Shown here in pieces: positions 23,278 to 24,219 of a DNA stretch of 24,219 nt (positions are counted from its first letter, which is position 1; each line of letters begins with the position of its first letter). Origin of the DNA: a virus (Duplodnaviria; Caudoviricetes); IMG/VR virus record IMGVR_UViG_3300037419_001314, positions 1-24,219 of that record; one strand, written 5' to 3'. A model generated the notes under the pieces. It was not told the DNA's origin. It worked only from the letters and a program-made list of their open reading frames with translations, and made no database searches. The position numbers and the translations under genes were made by a program.

Positions 23278-24219
23278 TCAGTAAGTCAGAATCGCCGTGT
23301 CATCCAGATAGGCGTCTTCGGCATCATCCAGAACACATGCATTCGTATTCGTGGACGGGGAAAGCTGAAGCGTCGTCTTCCACTCCGGAGTCTCACCCGA
23401 AATGGAAACGTCATGCTGCACACCTTCAATGAAGAAAGTCGCCTCAGTGAACGGCCCAGCCTCCGGCAGCGAGCCAACCCTGATCAGGTTTCCAATCTCA
23501 GCGTTAGACGTATAGAAATAGTCGCCAACACTGTCATACGCCGCGAAATTGATCACCAGCTGGTCACAGCGAATCATCGGGTCCTTGTACCTATACAGGT
23601 GCCAAGCCGCCGCGTCAGCCGCCTCATTATCGGTAGCCACACCGATTTCAAGCGTCGTGGTACGACGCCCGTATTCAGCGATACTGGCGGCATCAGACGA
23701 GACAGCCTGAACACCTTCGGCCCGCTTCGCTATAACCTCATTAGCAATCCGATCCTCATCCATTTCGAAGAACAGACCAGGCTCATAGCTCAAATCGACG
23801 CCTAGGTTATAGTCGATACTCCATACGATGCTCGGGTTAATCCGGCTCTGCCGATTCCGGTAAGCCAGCTTCCCTCGACGGTCAATAGAGACCGTTCCGC
23901 CAGCGTCAGTCGCGGTCTTCTGTAGAACCTCAAGCGCCGAAGCGCCAGACTCCCAGTCAGCCGGAGCCAGAGTAGAAACCGAGAGAGCATCAGCGTTGCC
24001 AGCAGATGGGCCAACGGAACGCCAGCTAGTAGGCCAGCCTGCGTAATCGAGAATCTCGCCAATTCGAGTCGTCTCAGACCGGTCAATACTCGACCCCTTA
24101 TTGAGTCCCATAGCGGCCAGCTTCGCGGCAATACCGGCAGCATCAGACTGGCTCGGGCCACCATCGCCCCAGATAGCCAGATTGGAGAAGCAGCCAAGGC
24201 CCATAGCGCCCTTAGATAG
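23278..24219 (-). CDS. Minor tail protein, C-terminal part (begins outside the window)
   Basis: Frame stays open to the window edge; SIAEYGRR, FFIEGVQHDV, W.TTLQLSP typical of siphovirus tail proteins. Confidence 0.8.
   Translation of the reverse strand, partial: LSKGAMGLGCFSNLAIWGDGGPSQSDAAGIAAKLAAMGLNKGSSIDRSETTRIGEILDYAGWPTSWRSVGPSAGNADALSVSTLAPADWESGASALEVLQKTATDAGGTVSIDRRGKLAYRNRQSRINPSIVWSIDYNLGVDLSYEPGLFFEMDEDRIANEVIAKRAEGVQAVSSDAASIAEYGRRTTTLEIGVATDNEAADAAAWHLYRYKDPMIRCDQLVINFAAYDSVGDYFYTSNAEIGNLIRVGSLPEAGPFTEATFFIEGVQHDVSISGETPEWKTTLQLSPSTNTNACVLDDAEDAYLDDTAILTY

Larger units (their letters stand above)
1..24219. mobile_element. Temperate actinobacteriophage / prophage segment (integration-immunity, replication, accessory, lysis and tail modules)
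   Basis: Integrase-like N-terminus, repressor-like HTH, WhiB and Lsr2 (actinobacterial families), phage replication genes, holin, amidase endolysin and tail genes. Confidence 0.95.

Overview
This window is part of a temperate actinobacteriophage genome or prophage (GC roughly 60% by eye). It starts with the 5' end of a probable tyrosine integrase (- strand), divergent from an immunity-repressor-like gene. A + strand replication and nucleotide-metabolism operon follows: WhiB-HTH, Cas4/RecB-like nuclease, DnaB-like helicase, RNA ligase, endonuclease VII, split primase, dATP/dGTP diphosphohydrolase-like protein, metallophosphoesterase, sigma-like factor and class II ribonucleotide reductase. From 14.3 to 20.8 kb there is an array of promoter-gene-terminator cassettes (MoxR-like AAA ATPase, vWA-like partner, SprT-like protein, secreted zinc protease, Lsr2). 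These converge on the - strand holin, endolysin and tail genes. The most striking signals are non-coding. (1) A 12-nt box, TGTCAGCGRGAR, lies 15-25 nt upstream of six start codons, and its exact antisense copy, joined to an anti-Shine-Dalgarno sequence, sits in a hairpin loop of a structured ~160-nt element at 14155-14316. This suggests a phage sRNA regulon. (2) A densely base-paired ~260-nt unit at 17637-17897 has its own promoter and terminator. (3) The palindrome GTTTAAAC is strongly over-represented. (4) An operator-like motif, CTAKACGTTGA, overlaps several promoters. All product calls come from motif recognition by eye; no database search or folding program was run.
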